Shown piece after piece: positions 29,336 to 45,356 of a stretch of DNA of 64,000 nucleotides (positions are counted from its first letter, which is position 1; every line of letters starts with the position of its first letter). Source of the DNA: Eledone cirrhosa. Its lineage: Eukaryota. Location of the stretch: the NCBI GenBank assembly GCA_964016885.1, contig OZ024742.1, positions 236,468,001 through 236,532,000 on the forward strand, read 5' to 3'. The notes beneath the pieces are model-generated. The model saw only the letters and a program-made list of their open reading frames with translations, was not told where the DNA came from and searched no databases. Both the position numbers and the translations under genes were made by a program.

Positions 29336-30855
29336 AGTTTCATTTAAATGCCATGATTCCACCATTACGAGGGAGGACCTAAACGATCTCAGGTCAGTGT
29401 TTTTAGCGATATCATAGCACCAAGAAAACAAACAGTAAATTGAAGATTTAAGTCGTTGAGCCTCCTTACAAAATATAACATTACACATTTAGCTGGCTTA
29501 AACACGTTTGAAGTTAGAAAGCGTTTTACCGTCAAACATATATGTATGTATGTATATACGTGTATATGTGTGTGTACGTGTGTGTTTGTGTATGAATAAA
29601 ATAAATAAATAAATATATATATATATATAGAGAGAGAGAGAGGGAGAGAGAGGGGGGGGAGATAGATAGATCTAAAATGTCGGTAGTTAATGGTAAAATA
29701 AATAAACAACAGAGAGAAATCAAATAAGCTCTATCCATTTCTGGACTGTTTTAAGTAAGGAAGGAAATTAATCAGGGTGTCTTGTATCCCAACACATGAA
29801 AAATGAGGTTTTTCGTCGAGTTACTTTTTCTATAGAGTTTGTAGCAAATGTATAATACTGATTGTGTTGTGTAATCACCTGTCAATCTGCCCTGATCGAG
29901 GAGATATCATCATCATCATCATCCTCATCATCATCATCCTCATTATCACCATCTCCATTCTATGTCCGCTTTCCTGACTGGCATGGGTTGTCCTAGAAGT
30001 TCTGGACATGTCGAAGGTTCACGATTTGATCATAAGTTTCACCCTAATCGGGCAATCATCCTTATGTATGGATTAGAGAAACGGACAAAATGCTTTGCAG
30101 CATTTCATTATGATCCTTCTAAATCAAGATTTCAAATCTCACCGAGGGCAACTTTGTTTTTGGACCCTTCCTGGATTAATGTAATCGACTTGCCCTCTCC
30201 ACAAATCGTTGCTTTTGGACCCTTCCTGGATCGATGTAATCGACTTGCCCTCTCCACAAACCGTTGTGCTTAAATTAGAAATTGCTATGGTCATCACCTT
30301 CTTCATCATCATTGACAATTAAGATACGATCTTCTAACCCATTAAAAACAGAAATAATCCACATCGACAGGTTCCTGTGCCTTGAGTATGTTTACAAGAC
30401 AGAAAGAAAAGATATAGACATATACATAATGAAAAATCTAAGCAGTTAAACAATACATATACACATAACTCAATAATAGAAGTAACAGTTGGTTTTGTTC
30501 AAATATAGATAATGCCCCAATAAAATATATTACGCTCAGCCATATCAAAGTTATACAGGACTTATATTACTGGTCTTCTAAATACTTCTTTAATTATCTG
30601 ACAATATTGTTCTACTCTTAGTCATATATACACAATTTATTCCGTTTTTGTTGTCTCCCATTTCTTCTTTTGCCCCACCCCCGAAATACACACAAGCTTT
30701 TGTCGATAAGAACGAAATAAAAGATAAATGTAGAAAGAAAAGTGAGTTTGTTTTAAGAAATTTGGCCATCAGCCAAGATTACATACAATGTCGTCGTAAA
30801 GTATTTTGTGTTACACGCACCCAGATTTAAAACATTACACTGACACACAAACATA

Positions 30856-30908
<53 letters not shown>

Positions 30909-31244
30909 TTATATGTATATGTATATATATATATAAATTTATATATATATGTATATATATATCAATTTATATATATGTATATATATCAATTTATATATAT
31001 ATGTATATATATAAATTTATATATATGTATATACGTATAAATATATTTATATATATATGTATTATATATATATATATATATATATAAATGGAGATATATA
31101 TATGTATATATATATCAAAATTTATATATATATGTATATATGTATATGTATAGATATATGTATATATATATGTATAGATATATATGTATATGTATAGATA
31201 TATGTATATATATGTATAGATATATGTATATATATATATATAGA

Positions 31245-31293
<49 letters not shown>

Positions 31294-31454
31294 GTATAGA
31301 TATATGTATATGTATATATATGTATATATATTTATGTACGTATATATATATATATATATATATAGATATATATATATATGTATATATGTATATGTATACA
31401 TGTATATATATGTATATATATGTTTATATATCTATATGTATATGTATATGTATA

Positions 31455-31495
<41 letters not shown>

Positions 31496-31957
31496 ATATA
31501 TATATATGTATATTTATGTGTATATATATATGTATATTTATATGTGTATATATATATGTATATTTATATCTATATATATATATATATATGTGTGTGTGTG
31601 AGTGTGTATATATAATATACATATATATACATATATATATATGTATATGTATATGTGTATATATATATATATATGGAGGAGGTTATAGTTCACTTGAAGC
31701 ATTGTGTAATGAGGTATAAACGTTTGTATATGTATAATAAAGCCAAAACAATGCAGGTATGGACATAGAATAAAGAATGCAAATGCAAAAGATATTGTTG
31801 ACAATTAGTCTTTTACCTTAGATTTATTTAAATGTCCTTAATTTTCGAGATAATATCTCTTCTTCGTAGGGAAGTAAAGCGGTTAAACCAGTGTTCTAAA
31901 TAGCTATTTAGAACAATATATATATTGGAAAATGTGTGTAATCCTTGGTACAGTTAG

Positions 31958-32147
31958 GTATATTAAGACGGGGGGAAGAAAAAATGGCTTCACTTGTGCT
32001 TTCAACAAATTTATTTTCTTCACAAAATCCAAAAAGAATTTTTAAGAAAAAATTTTTTCTAATCCGGAAAAAAATTCTTTTTGGATTTTATGAAGAAAAT
32101 AAATTCGTTGAAAGCACAAGTGAAGCCATTTTTTCTTCCCTCCTGTC

Positions 32148-32155
<8 letters not shown>
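31958..32155. repeat. ~200-bp palindrome
   Basis: Arms 'gaagaaaaaatggcttcacttgtgctttcaac...' and '...gttgaaagcacaagtgaagccattttttcttc'. Confidence 0.8.
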
Positions 32156-32199
<44 letters not shown>

Positions 32200-32844
32200 T
32201 ATACATATACATACACAATAAGATGTATTGGAATATGAAATTGGAAAGCGGGTATGTTTGGGAAGCGGTACAATGCAAGAGGGTTATAATTAACAAGGCA
32301 ACAAGTCGGAAGGGAATTCAGAGAGGTGAGGTGAAGAGCAAAAAGTGGGAGAATCAGGAAAACAAAAGGAAAGAATGACTGAATGTTACCATCGCAATCT
32401 ATTAGTTTCAAAATGTTAAGGATTTACTATCCAATATTAATGGAGGTCATAGTGTGGGGTGGAGGTGAAGTTCGAATAAATCAGATTGTCTTCCTGGGCG
32501 GTGTTTATTTCTATCTTAACTTTCTCAATTCCTTTCCGATTTGTTACCGTGGTAATTATAAACTACTTGCATTGTACGGCTTTCTAAACCTACCCACTTT
32601 TCACTAAATATATATATATGTGTGTGTCTCTGATCAAGTCATCGGAATATATATATATATATATAATACGATATTAATAAATGGAAACTATATTTATAAA
32701 ACCATATTTATTTCATTATACATATTTCAGGGATACCAAATTAAATTATGGTATGCCTTCATCAGACAAAATACAATATATAACAGTTTTACAAATAAGC
32801 TTTGACGTACCCTTTTAAAGTGCGACCATTATTTTTGGAAGCCA

Positions 32845-32897
<53 letters not shown>

Positions 32898-33051
32898 CGA
32901 TGACGTGATCAGAGACACACACTGTATTTAAGGTCAAGTGACGCAATTTCGCGTGATTAGCGGCCTTTAGACTCACCTGATCAATGAAACAATTGTCAAT
33001 ACTGTAAATAAAACCCTATTTGTACAGCCGACCATGTTATTCTTCACTCTT

Positions 33052-33950
<899 letters not shown>

Positions 33951-34009
33951 CAACATGTCCTTGGAGGCGTGGGGTGGACGAATAAAGGTTTGCGTATCCC
34001 GAAACCCCA

Positions 34010-34503
34010 ATGAGGTTCCAGAAGGAAGCAAACGTTAACAGTTGGAACCTCGAACATCACAACTCTTACAGGAACTAATGGAGGAGGCTAGATGCTACCG
34101 GCTAGGTATACTCAGTATTTACCCCAACAAAGTTCCGTGGCTCTGATACTGTAGGTTTGGATGGGAGATGGAAACTCCACTCTTCAGGTGTGGCGCCAGA
34201 AATGACTGCACAGGCGGGAATGGGGATACTCACAAGCCTCCGGCTGTCAGAATGTGACTGGATCCCGTTGGAGATAGGATTTATCTCTTGCAGCTTAGGC
34301 TGAAAGATAGGTCTCTTTGGGTGGTGCAAATTTATGCACAAAACAAGGAGTTCGAATACAGGTCCTTTCTTAATGAATCCATTGCAGCGTTAGATGTAGT
34401 TAAGACTGAGTCATATATCCTGATGGGAGACTTCAATGCACATGTTGGCACTGACCACCTGACATGGAAAGGAGTGATTGGAAGGAAATGGCCACCCCGA
34501 TGA
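34010..34503 (+). pseudogene. APE endonuclease fragment of an RTE-clade LINE
   Basis: VVQIYAQN...ILMGDFNAHVG..TWKGVIG motif; upstream AQAGMGIL. Confidence 0.85.
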
Positions 34504-34844
34504 AGAATCCTATCTTTTGAAAATCTTCTCCACCTACTCGAAGAATTCTCTTCCTTTTTCCCATTCTCTCTAGCTCACCTTCCCCTTCCCATCGCCTCTA
34601 ATCTACAATGTGATATCTGCTTCTTAAAATAGGGGCCCCACCACCGCCCCCACCCCACCATCCCCAACCACTAGGAAATCTATAAGTATCAACAACTCTG
34701 TATATCACTCGGCATTCCTGTTGATTTAATACGAATGAAACAGTTCTAGACCTGTCGAAGCCATTTCTATATTAAATAATATTTACACCCTACTAATGTA
34801 TTGAGAACCTTTCTAACTGTGGTTTCTCCCGAATTCACTCTGGG

Positions 34845-34924
<80 letters not shown>

Positions 34925-34925
<1 letters not shown>

Positions 34926-35598
34926 TAGGGGTGTATATGATATGTTTATCTATAATAAACATACAAGAGTCCTGCTATGAATTTTTTTATAAGTACTGAT
35001 CATGTCACAGCTATCTCAGTAGCGATGATAATGCCAGATAGCTATTTCTGGATATTCAGCCGTTACCAGTGACATTCACACATTTGATACTTTAACAAAT
35101 TTTACTAAAGCCTATATTGTTTTTGCATATGGCCGGCGATGCATATTTGCATACAGTGGGAACTTTACTGGCGAAACGGTAATTAGAAGTGACACTAACA
35201 TAGCGCGTTCCGTCATATAGGTGTATATGAAAGCATGCTCGATATGTTTATATATAATAAGCATACAAGTGTCTCGTTATGAATTTTTTGTATACACATA
35301 CACCCGTATTTGTTAGTGCCACTTCTACTTTCACCAGCCAAACTCCCACTATATGCAAATAAGGTTCCCCAGCCGATGTAACATACACAAAAGCATATAG
35401 ACTTTAACGTATTTTGCCTGATTAGCGAGTGAGTAATTATCACTGGTGACGGATAAATATCCAGAAATAGCTATCTTGCATTATCATCGCTACTGAGATA
35501 GCTGTGGCATGATCAGAGCTTATAAAAAATTATAGCGAGACTCTCGTATGTTTATAATATATAAATATATTGTATATGCTTCCATATACATCCCTATA
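34925..35598. repeat. Inverted-repeat element (~150-bp arms) with two degenerate hammerheads
   Basis: 34925-35072 is roughly the reverse complement of 35440-35598. At 35440: tca CTGGTGA c ggata aa tatcc a GAAA tagcta TC ttg. Confidence 0.7.
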
Positions 35599-35704
35599 AG
35601 GAAACACGCTATATATACATATATGTGTGTGTCTGTTTGTGTTTGTGTATGTATGTGTGTGTGTTTGTGTGTGTGTGTATGGGAGAGAAAGAGAAAGAGA
35701 GAGC

Positions 35705-35735
<31 letters not shown>

Positions 35736-36729
35736 AGAGAGAGAGTAATGATGGTAATCAACTAAAACATGCTTGTCTTTATTTGCAATGAAAGATGTTA
35801 GGTCACGGCAAGTGAAACAGTGAATTAGTGTGAAATAGTGAGAAATAGTTTGAAATACTACTTCAATATAACAACGACACCAAAGTGATTTAGCAGAATA
35901 AAACAAAAGTGTTGCTGATTATTATTAAATATAACACAAATAGATATTGTATCTAACTTGATGGGAGAAAAAAATGGACGTTGTTCACACTTGGTCATAA
36001 AATCATCACAATCTCAACATTATTTCACAGCTGTTATACTATAATTCAAAACATAAGTTTAGTCATATGAACGTCAGTTTGTCTTTGACACCAGTCATCT
36101 TCTGTGAAAGCACGCGCCCTAGTAATCAGGGTGTTCGGTACACCATCTTATGGTTGAGAGTTCGATTTCTGGCAGCACGTTGCGTCATTGAGCAAGATCT
36201 TTTATTTCACGTTGCTCCAGTCCACACAGCAGCCAAATATACGTGTAGTATCATATTGAATCAGCCACCTGCACACTAATTTGACGAACAATCTGTTCCA
36301 TTGAACGATTCAACAGGCATACTCATCGTTTCAATGGAAGGGTTTCCCACAACTACCTTGTCCAGTTTTCTTCATTAAAATGGTTGATTTAATATATAAA
36401 AATATATACACAGAGTTTTAATATATAAAATACATACACAGCGCTTTAATATATAATATATATAGAGATAGTTTTATATATAAAAATATATAGAAACATA
36501 TTTATTATTTAGACTTACACATAGAGGTTTAAAATATAAAAAATATATGCTGACAGATTTTAATATATACAAATATTTACATAGTGTTTTAATATATAGA
36601 GATAGATACTGCAAACAACCGCTTTGCTGAAACCTCGTGGCTATGTCGTAATATATATATGCATATGTCCCAAGGCTTTGAAACCATCAACACCAAAAAC
36701 ACAGAGCTGGCATATCTAAGAACTGACTA

Positions 36730-36785
36730 ACTGCCTGATGAGGTCATAGCCATTCAATGGCTATCATCGAAATATATATAGCAGT
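36730..36785 (+). ncRNA. Type I hammerhead ribozyme
   Basis: actgc CTGATGA ggtc atagccat tca atggctat catc GAAA tatata TA gcagt. Confidence 0.85.
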
Positions 36786-36964
36786 AAATAAAGGATTATG
36801 AGTTCATGCAATTGACTTATATTTCGTCACTATATATATATATGTATATGTGTGTGTGTGTATTTACATGTACATATATGTGTATATATACACATATATG
36901 TATATGTAAATACACACACACACATATACATATATATATATATAGTGACGAAACATAAGTCAAT

Positions 36965-37032
<68 letters not shown>

Positions 37033-37240
37033 GTATATATATATATATATATATAATGTATATATATATATATATATAATGTATATATATTTATTAAAAT
37101 AACAGATTAAAGTTTAAGCAAAGAATCGCTGCTTTCACCCTTAACGGGATCTTCTGAAACTAACAAAGTCAATCTGTAAACGCAGAAGTGGATATTTCAA
37201 AAAACGTTGCAACCGAAGGAAGACAGGAAGACGATACTTT

Positions 37241-37512
37241 GGTTCATGGCAACGTTCGCTGGCAAAGAACGGGAAAAAACGAATATAATACGTCATTAAT
37301 AGAAGCGGTGAAAAACAATTACGCGCACAAGACAGAACCACGTTTATGGTATAAAAGAGGTCGTAGACTAATGTTCTCGTAGGTGGTTCATAGAGACGTT
37401 CTTTGGCAATGAACGAAAAAAACGAAGATAATACGTCATATGCGGAGCGTGGAGAACAATTGCACGCAAAGACAAAACCACGTAAATGTTATAGCAGAAG
37501 TCGTAGACTAAA
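37241..37512. repeat. Diverged tandem duplication, period ~145 bp
   Basis: 'ggttcat...aacg...taatacgtcat...aagac..aaccacgt...gtcgtagactaa' occurs twice. Confidence 0.65.
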
Positions 37513-37614
37513 ATTTTAACTAGGAGACCGAATGATTCTCCGCTTCAGAGTTAAGAATAAAGTAAATAAATACAATACAGAGGTAATAGAAATTAAATAA
37601 ATACATACACGCAT

Positions 37615-37878
37615 ATATGTATATATATATATATATATAATGTATATATATATATATATAATGTATATATATATATGTATATATAATGTATATATATATA
37701 TATAATGTATATATATATATATATAATGTATATATATATATATATAATGTATATATATATATATATAATGTATATATATATATATATAATGTATATATAT
37801 ATATATATATAATGTATATATATATATATATATAATGTATATATATATATATATATAATGTATATATATAATGTATAT

Positions 37879-37912
<34 letters not shown>

Positions 37913-38109
37913 ATGTATATATATATATATATAATGTATATATATATATATATAATGTATATATATATATATATAATGTATATATATATATATATAATGT
38001 ATATATATATATATATATAATGTATATATATATATATATATATATATAATGTATATATATATATATATATAATGTATATATATAATGTATATATATATAT
38101 ATAATATAT

Positions 38110-38173
<64 letters not shown>

Positions 38174-38357
38174 GTATATATATATATATAATGTATGTAT
38201 ATATATATATATATAATGTATATATATATATATATATAATGTATATATATATATATATATATAATGTATATATATATATATATAATGTATATATATATAT
38301 ATATATAATGTATATATATATATATATATAATGTATATATATATATATATATATATA

Positions 38358-38412
<55 letters not shown>

Positions 38413-39116
38413 GTGTATATATATATATATATAATGTGTATATATATATATATATAATGTATATATATATATATATAATGTATATATATATAATGTATAT
38501 ATATATATAATGTATATATATATATATAATGTATATATATATAATGTATATATATATAATGTATATATATATATAATGTATATATATATATAATGTATAT
38601 ATATATATATATATAATGTATATATATATATATATATATAATGTATATATATATATATATAATGTATATATAATATATATATATATAATGTATATATATA
38701 TATATAATATATATATATATAATGTATATATATATATATATAATATATATATATATAATGTATATATATATATATATAATATATATATATATAATGTATA
38801 TATATATATATAATGTATTTATATATAATGTATATATATATATATATAATATATATATATATAATGTATATATATATATATAATGTATATATATATAATG
38901 TATATATATATATATATATAATATATATATATAATGTATGTATATATATATAATGTATATATATATATATAATGTATATATATATATATAATGTATATAT
39001 ATATAATGTATATATATATATATATATAATGTATATATATATATATAATGTATATATATATATATATATAATGTATATATATATATATATATATAATGTA
39101 TATATATATATATATA

Positions 39117-39190
<74 letters not shown>

Positions 39191-39354
39191 GTATATATAT
39201 ATATATATAATGTATATATATATATATATATAATGTATATATATATATATATATAATGTATATATATATATATATATAATGTATGTATATATATATATAA
39301 TGTATATATATATATATAATGTATATATATATATATAATGTATATATATATATA

Positions 39355-39448
<94 letters not shown>
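37615..39448. repeat. (AT)n tract with AATGT interruptions, then (AG)n
   Basis: Direct reading. Confidence 0.95.
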
Positions 39449-39453
<5 letters not shown>

Positions 39454-39596
39454 GAGTTTATGTTGGTTGTATACCAACACCCTAGTATGCAGGGTGGAGC
39501 ACTCGACGAAGTGCGCAGGTTGGTTTGGTTACTCCGGAGTAGTGTAAAATAAAGTTAAATAAAAAGTCAAATGATTAAAATTTAGCTTCTTTTATT

Positions 39597-39651
39597 ACTG
39601 CTATATATATTTCACTGACAGCCATCTTTGGCTGTGACCTCTTCAGGCAGT
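39597..39651 (-). ncRNA. Type I hammerhead, left arm of inverted pair
   Basis: Reverse complement: actgc CTGAAGA ggtc acagcca aaga tggctgt cagt GAAA tatata TA gcagt. Confidence 0.75.
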
Positions 39652-39690
39652 TTGAATTAGTATGTACTTGTGTATACCATACTAATTCAA

Positions 39691-39745
39691 ACTGCCTGAA
39701 GAAGTCACAGCCAAAGATGGCTGTCACTGAAATATATATAGCAGT
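39691..39745 (+). ncRNA. Type I hammerhead, right arm of inverted pair
   Basis: actgc CTGAAGA agtc acagcca aaga tggctgt cact GAAA tatata TA gcagt. Confidence 0.85.
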
Positions 39746-39746
39746 T

Positions 39747-39847
<101 letters not shown>

Positions 39848-40016
39848 GTATATCTTATATATATGTATGGATATGTATATATATTATATATGTATATATA
39901 TATATATATATGTATATATCTATATATATATATATGCATATATGAGCGGAACAAGTAAACATTAAACAATGTTTTAAATAAATTAAAATACGATTTAAAT
40001 ATTTACCTTTTCTAGT

Positions 40017-40096
40017 GCCATGACCGACGGTTTCGCTTATCAAAAGATTGGAAATTCAGAGAATTTCCAATGGAAAGATCTAGCTCTTCAGATAGC
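40017..40096 (-). ncRNA. Type I hammerhead with extended stem II and GUC site
   Basis: Reverse complement: gctat CTGAAGA gct...attggaaatt ctctg aatttccaat...agc GAAA ccg t cgg TC atggc. Confidence 0.85.
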
Positions 40097-40552
40097 TTTT
40101 CCAAATCTACTAGACATAAGTCCGTATAGATGTAGATATATCACCCTCTGCCCAGTGAATGAATCAAACCGTTCAAATGACCCACACACTTATTGGACCG
40201 TTAGAAAAAGCGGGAATTATAGACTCGCTGATATTTCATGCTGCTAGAAATAGCAGCATGATACAGCATTTTTTTCTCTACATTAAGGAGAATTAGATAA
40301 ATGATATAGATATCCCAGTAGGTACTAGGTACCCACGGAAATATATATGGTGTCTATAATAGTGGTTGTTCTATGGTACCAATTTGAGATACCAGAACTG
40401 TAAATATGAGCATATGTATATATATATGCATATATGTATATATGCATATATGTGTATATGTATATGCATATCTGTATGTATATAGTAATAATAATAAATT
40501 TGAAGACACATATATATGTGTGTGTGTGTGTGCATATATATGTATATAAATA

Positions 40553-41690
<1,138 letters not shown>

Positions 41691-41709
41691 AAAGCACACA
41701 CACACACAC

Positions 41710-41772
<63 letters not shown>

Positions 41773-41939
41773 TGTTTACTTGTCTCACTCGCTTTACGCG
41801 TTTCTATTGTCCTAATAACTTATTTTAGTTATTATCGCTCCAACGTGAGGTATATGATTTTTAATGCGATGAAATACCCATGATCGTTTGGTAAATCACT
41901 GATGAGGGACTCATTTTATAACATGTTACCCATATTTTC

Positions 41940-42017
<78 letters not shown>

Positions 42018-42804
42018 ATATATTAAAGTTAATATAGTTACTATGTGGTTTCTACAGGAAATGGTTTCTACAGGACTAGAATTGCTTCATTTGAAGGAAA
42101 TCATCAGGAAATATATATATGAGAAAGAGAGGTGGGGGGTGAGTGAAAAGGAGAGGGAACAAAATAGGGAGAGAGAGCGTGAGAGATAGGAGATGAGGGG
42201 GAGATGTTTGCATTCAAACATATATACACAAGATATATTTCATCTTACTCATACAACTAACTGAATAGGAAGATTAATTCTATTAAATTAATGTTTTGAA
42301 CACAACATCAATAACAGCAACAAATGCAAGATAACAAAACCACTGCAAACAACAAGATCAACAATAACACAACTACAAGTCAACATGATAATACCAATAA
42401 TAAAAATAACATCAATAACAATAACAGAGTTGCTTATCTGTAAAGCTTGTTTGAAGTATTATCTTATTTCTACGTTGTTCCTATTAGAAAATGATTTTAT
42501 TAAAATATAAATATATTTTATTTCCCTTTTTGCTGTTCAACAACATACACAAGAAAAAAAAAGGAGAAACCCAACCTACTGGGCAAACATATCTCTCCCA
42601 ATTGTGATAGGGACCCTCCACAGTGTGGTAACATTAGTAGGCGATTGTTTCAGAATAGGGTGCCACATTACAGCCTAAATGATAAGTAAATTGTTGTAGT
42701 GAAAAATGTCGGAGGACAAAAGTGTCATCAGAAAAAGGAAAATGATTTATCCTGTCCAGGTTATATTATTTCAACTCACGTTCGACGACTTTACGTCTCC
42801 CCAC

Positions 42805-42850
<46 letters not shown>

Positions 42851-42895
42851 GTTTATATAAATATATATATAAATGTTTATATATATATATATATC

Positions 42896-43255
42896 TGTTT
42901 TCGGTGCACCCGGCCGATTAACCCACTCGATATGCAAATTGGGCTACTCAGCCGTTAATATGCATAAGGTAAGTATATACGTTCAACAATCTGGCAGGAA
43001 GGTATACGTTGCTGACGATAGCTAATAAGCTTGAAACTAGTACAGCGTTCCTTTGTCAGTGTTGAAAAAACGAGCAAAGATGGTTGCTGGACACTACGGC
43101 TTAATACGGGATGTTTGTTTACAAACACACCGAGCATTGTAATAGATGTTCGGTGAATCCATACGTACATGAATATATGTGTGCATGTATGTATATATAC
43201 ATACTACTGTACGTCTGAATACATATATGTATGTACGTGTACATACTTATATATA
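42896..43255 (+). mobile_element. Diverged solo relative of the 470-bp array unit with hammerhead at 43006-43048
   Basis: acgttg CTGACGA t agct aata agct t GAAA ctag TA cagcgt; flanks align to the reverse complement of the array unit. Confidence 0.8.
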
Positions 43256-43349
43256 TGAATGTTTATATATATATATACAGATATATATATCTGTATATAT
43301 ATATATCTGTATATATATATATATATCTGTATATATATATATATATATA

Positions 43350-43392
<43 letters not shown>

Positions 43393-43435
43393 GTATATAT
43401 ATATATATATATATCTGTATATATATATATATATA

Positions 43436-43575
<140 letters not shown>

Positions 43576-43740
43576 TATATATATGTAAACATATATATAT
43601 ATATATATATGTTTATATATATATATAAACATATATATATATATATAAACATATATATATATGTTTATATATATGTAAACATATATATATATATATGTTT
43701 ATATATATATATATAAACATATATATATATATATAAACAT

Positions 43741-43771
<31 letters not shown>

Positions 43772-44108
43772 ACATATATATATATATATATAAACACACA
43801 TATATATATATATATATATATAAACACATATATATATATATATATATATATAAGGATAAATATATATATATATAAACATTATATATAAACATATATATAT
43901 ACATATATATATATAAACATATATATATATATATATAAACACATATATATATATGTATATATATATATATGTTCATATATATATAGACATATATGTTTAT
44001 ATATATATATATATATAAACATATATATATGTTTATATATATATATATATATAAACATATATATATGTTTATATATATATAAACATATATATATATATAT
44101 ATATAAAC

Positions 44109-44140
<32 letters not shown>

Positions 44141-44249
44141 ATATATATATTTTTATATATATATACATGTTTATATATATAAACATATATATATATGTTT
44201 ATATATATATACATGTTTATATATATAAACATATATATATATGTTTATA

Positions 44250-44294
<45 letters not shown>

Positions 44295-44604
44295 TATATA
44301 TATAAACATATATATATATTTATATATATAAACATATATATATATATTTATATATATAAACATATATATACATATATATATATGTTTATATATATGTACA
44401 TATATATATATATATATAATATATATATATATATATGTTTATATATATAAACATATATATATATATATATATATATATGTTTATATATATAAACATATAT
44501 ATATATATGTTTATATATATAAACATATATATCTATATATATATATATGTTTATATATATATATATGTTTATATATATATATATGTTTATATATATATAT
44601 ATAT

Positions 44605-44646
<42 letters not shown>

Positions 44647-44700
44647 CGGCGATGAATTAGTTTTGCGAGGTTTTTTATATGAAATCGTGTGTCGAAACAG

Positions 44701-45296
44701 ATATTGTTATATTTGGGGAGGGTCATATTTGCGTAATATTGCCAGAATTAATAACAGAACACACTCACTGTTTGGTTGGTTTTCGCTTCTCGCTGTCTTT
44801 TATATATACATATCTGCGATCTAACTTACTCGGTCCTCAATGTTGCCATTGACTGACCGGCGGTCAGAAATAATACAGATACAATATAGACAAACACATA
44901 TATATATATAGTTTACATAATTTACATAAATCTTTCGTTGCACATCTGCAACATCGTCAGTGGTGTTATATTCATTTAGACAGACTGAACAAAAAAATGG
45001 CGTAGACATACAACACAACAGGAGGAACAATGAATATAACACCACTGACGATGTTGCAGATGTGCAACGAAAGATTTATGTAAATTATGTAAACTATATA
45101 TATATATGTGTTTGTCTATATTGTATCTGTATTATTTCTGACCGCCGGTCAGTCAATGGCAACATTGAGGACCGAGTAAGTTAGATCGCAGATATGTATA
45201 TATAAAAGACAGCGAGAAGCGAAAACCAACCAAACAGTGAGTGTGTTCTGTTATTAATTCTGGCAATATTACGCAAATATGACCCTCCCCAAATAT

Positions 45297-45304
<8 letters not shown>
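44701..45304. mobile_element. Apparently perfect ~276-bp inverted repeat (PLE terminus) with paired hammerhead-like motifs
   Basis: 44701-44976 is the reverse complement of 45029-45304, 52-bp spacer. CTGACGA t gttgca gatg tgcaac GAAA gatt TA tg. Outer ends match the GIY-YIG family 3' end (gaccctccc..aa.tataacaat). Confidence 0.85.

Positions 45305-45355
<51 letters not shown>

Positions 45356-45356
<1 letters not shown>

Noticed and set aside
36805-36970. Opposite-strand GAAAC...GTC suggesting an ambisense (viroid-like) ribozyme pair
   Set aside because: No CUGANGA and only a 2-bp stem; explained by a local fold-back around a microsatellite.
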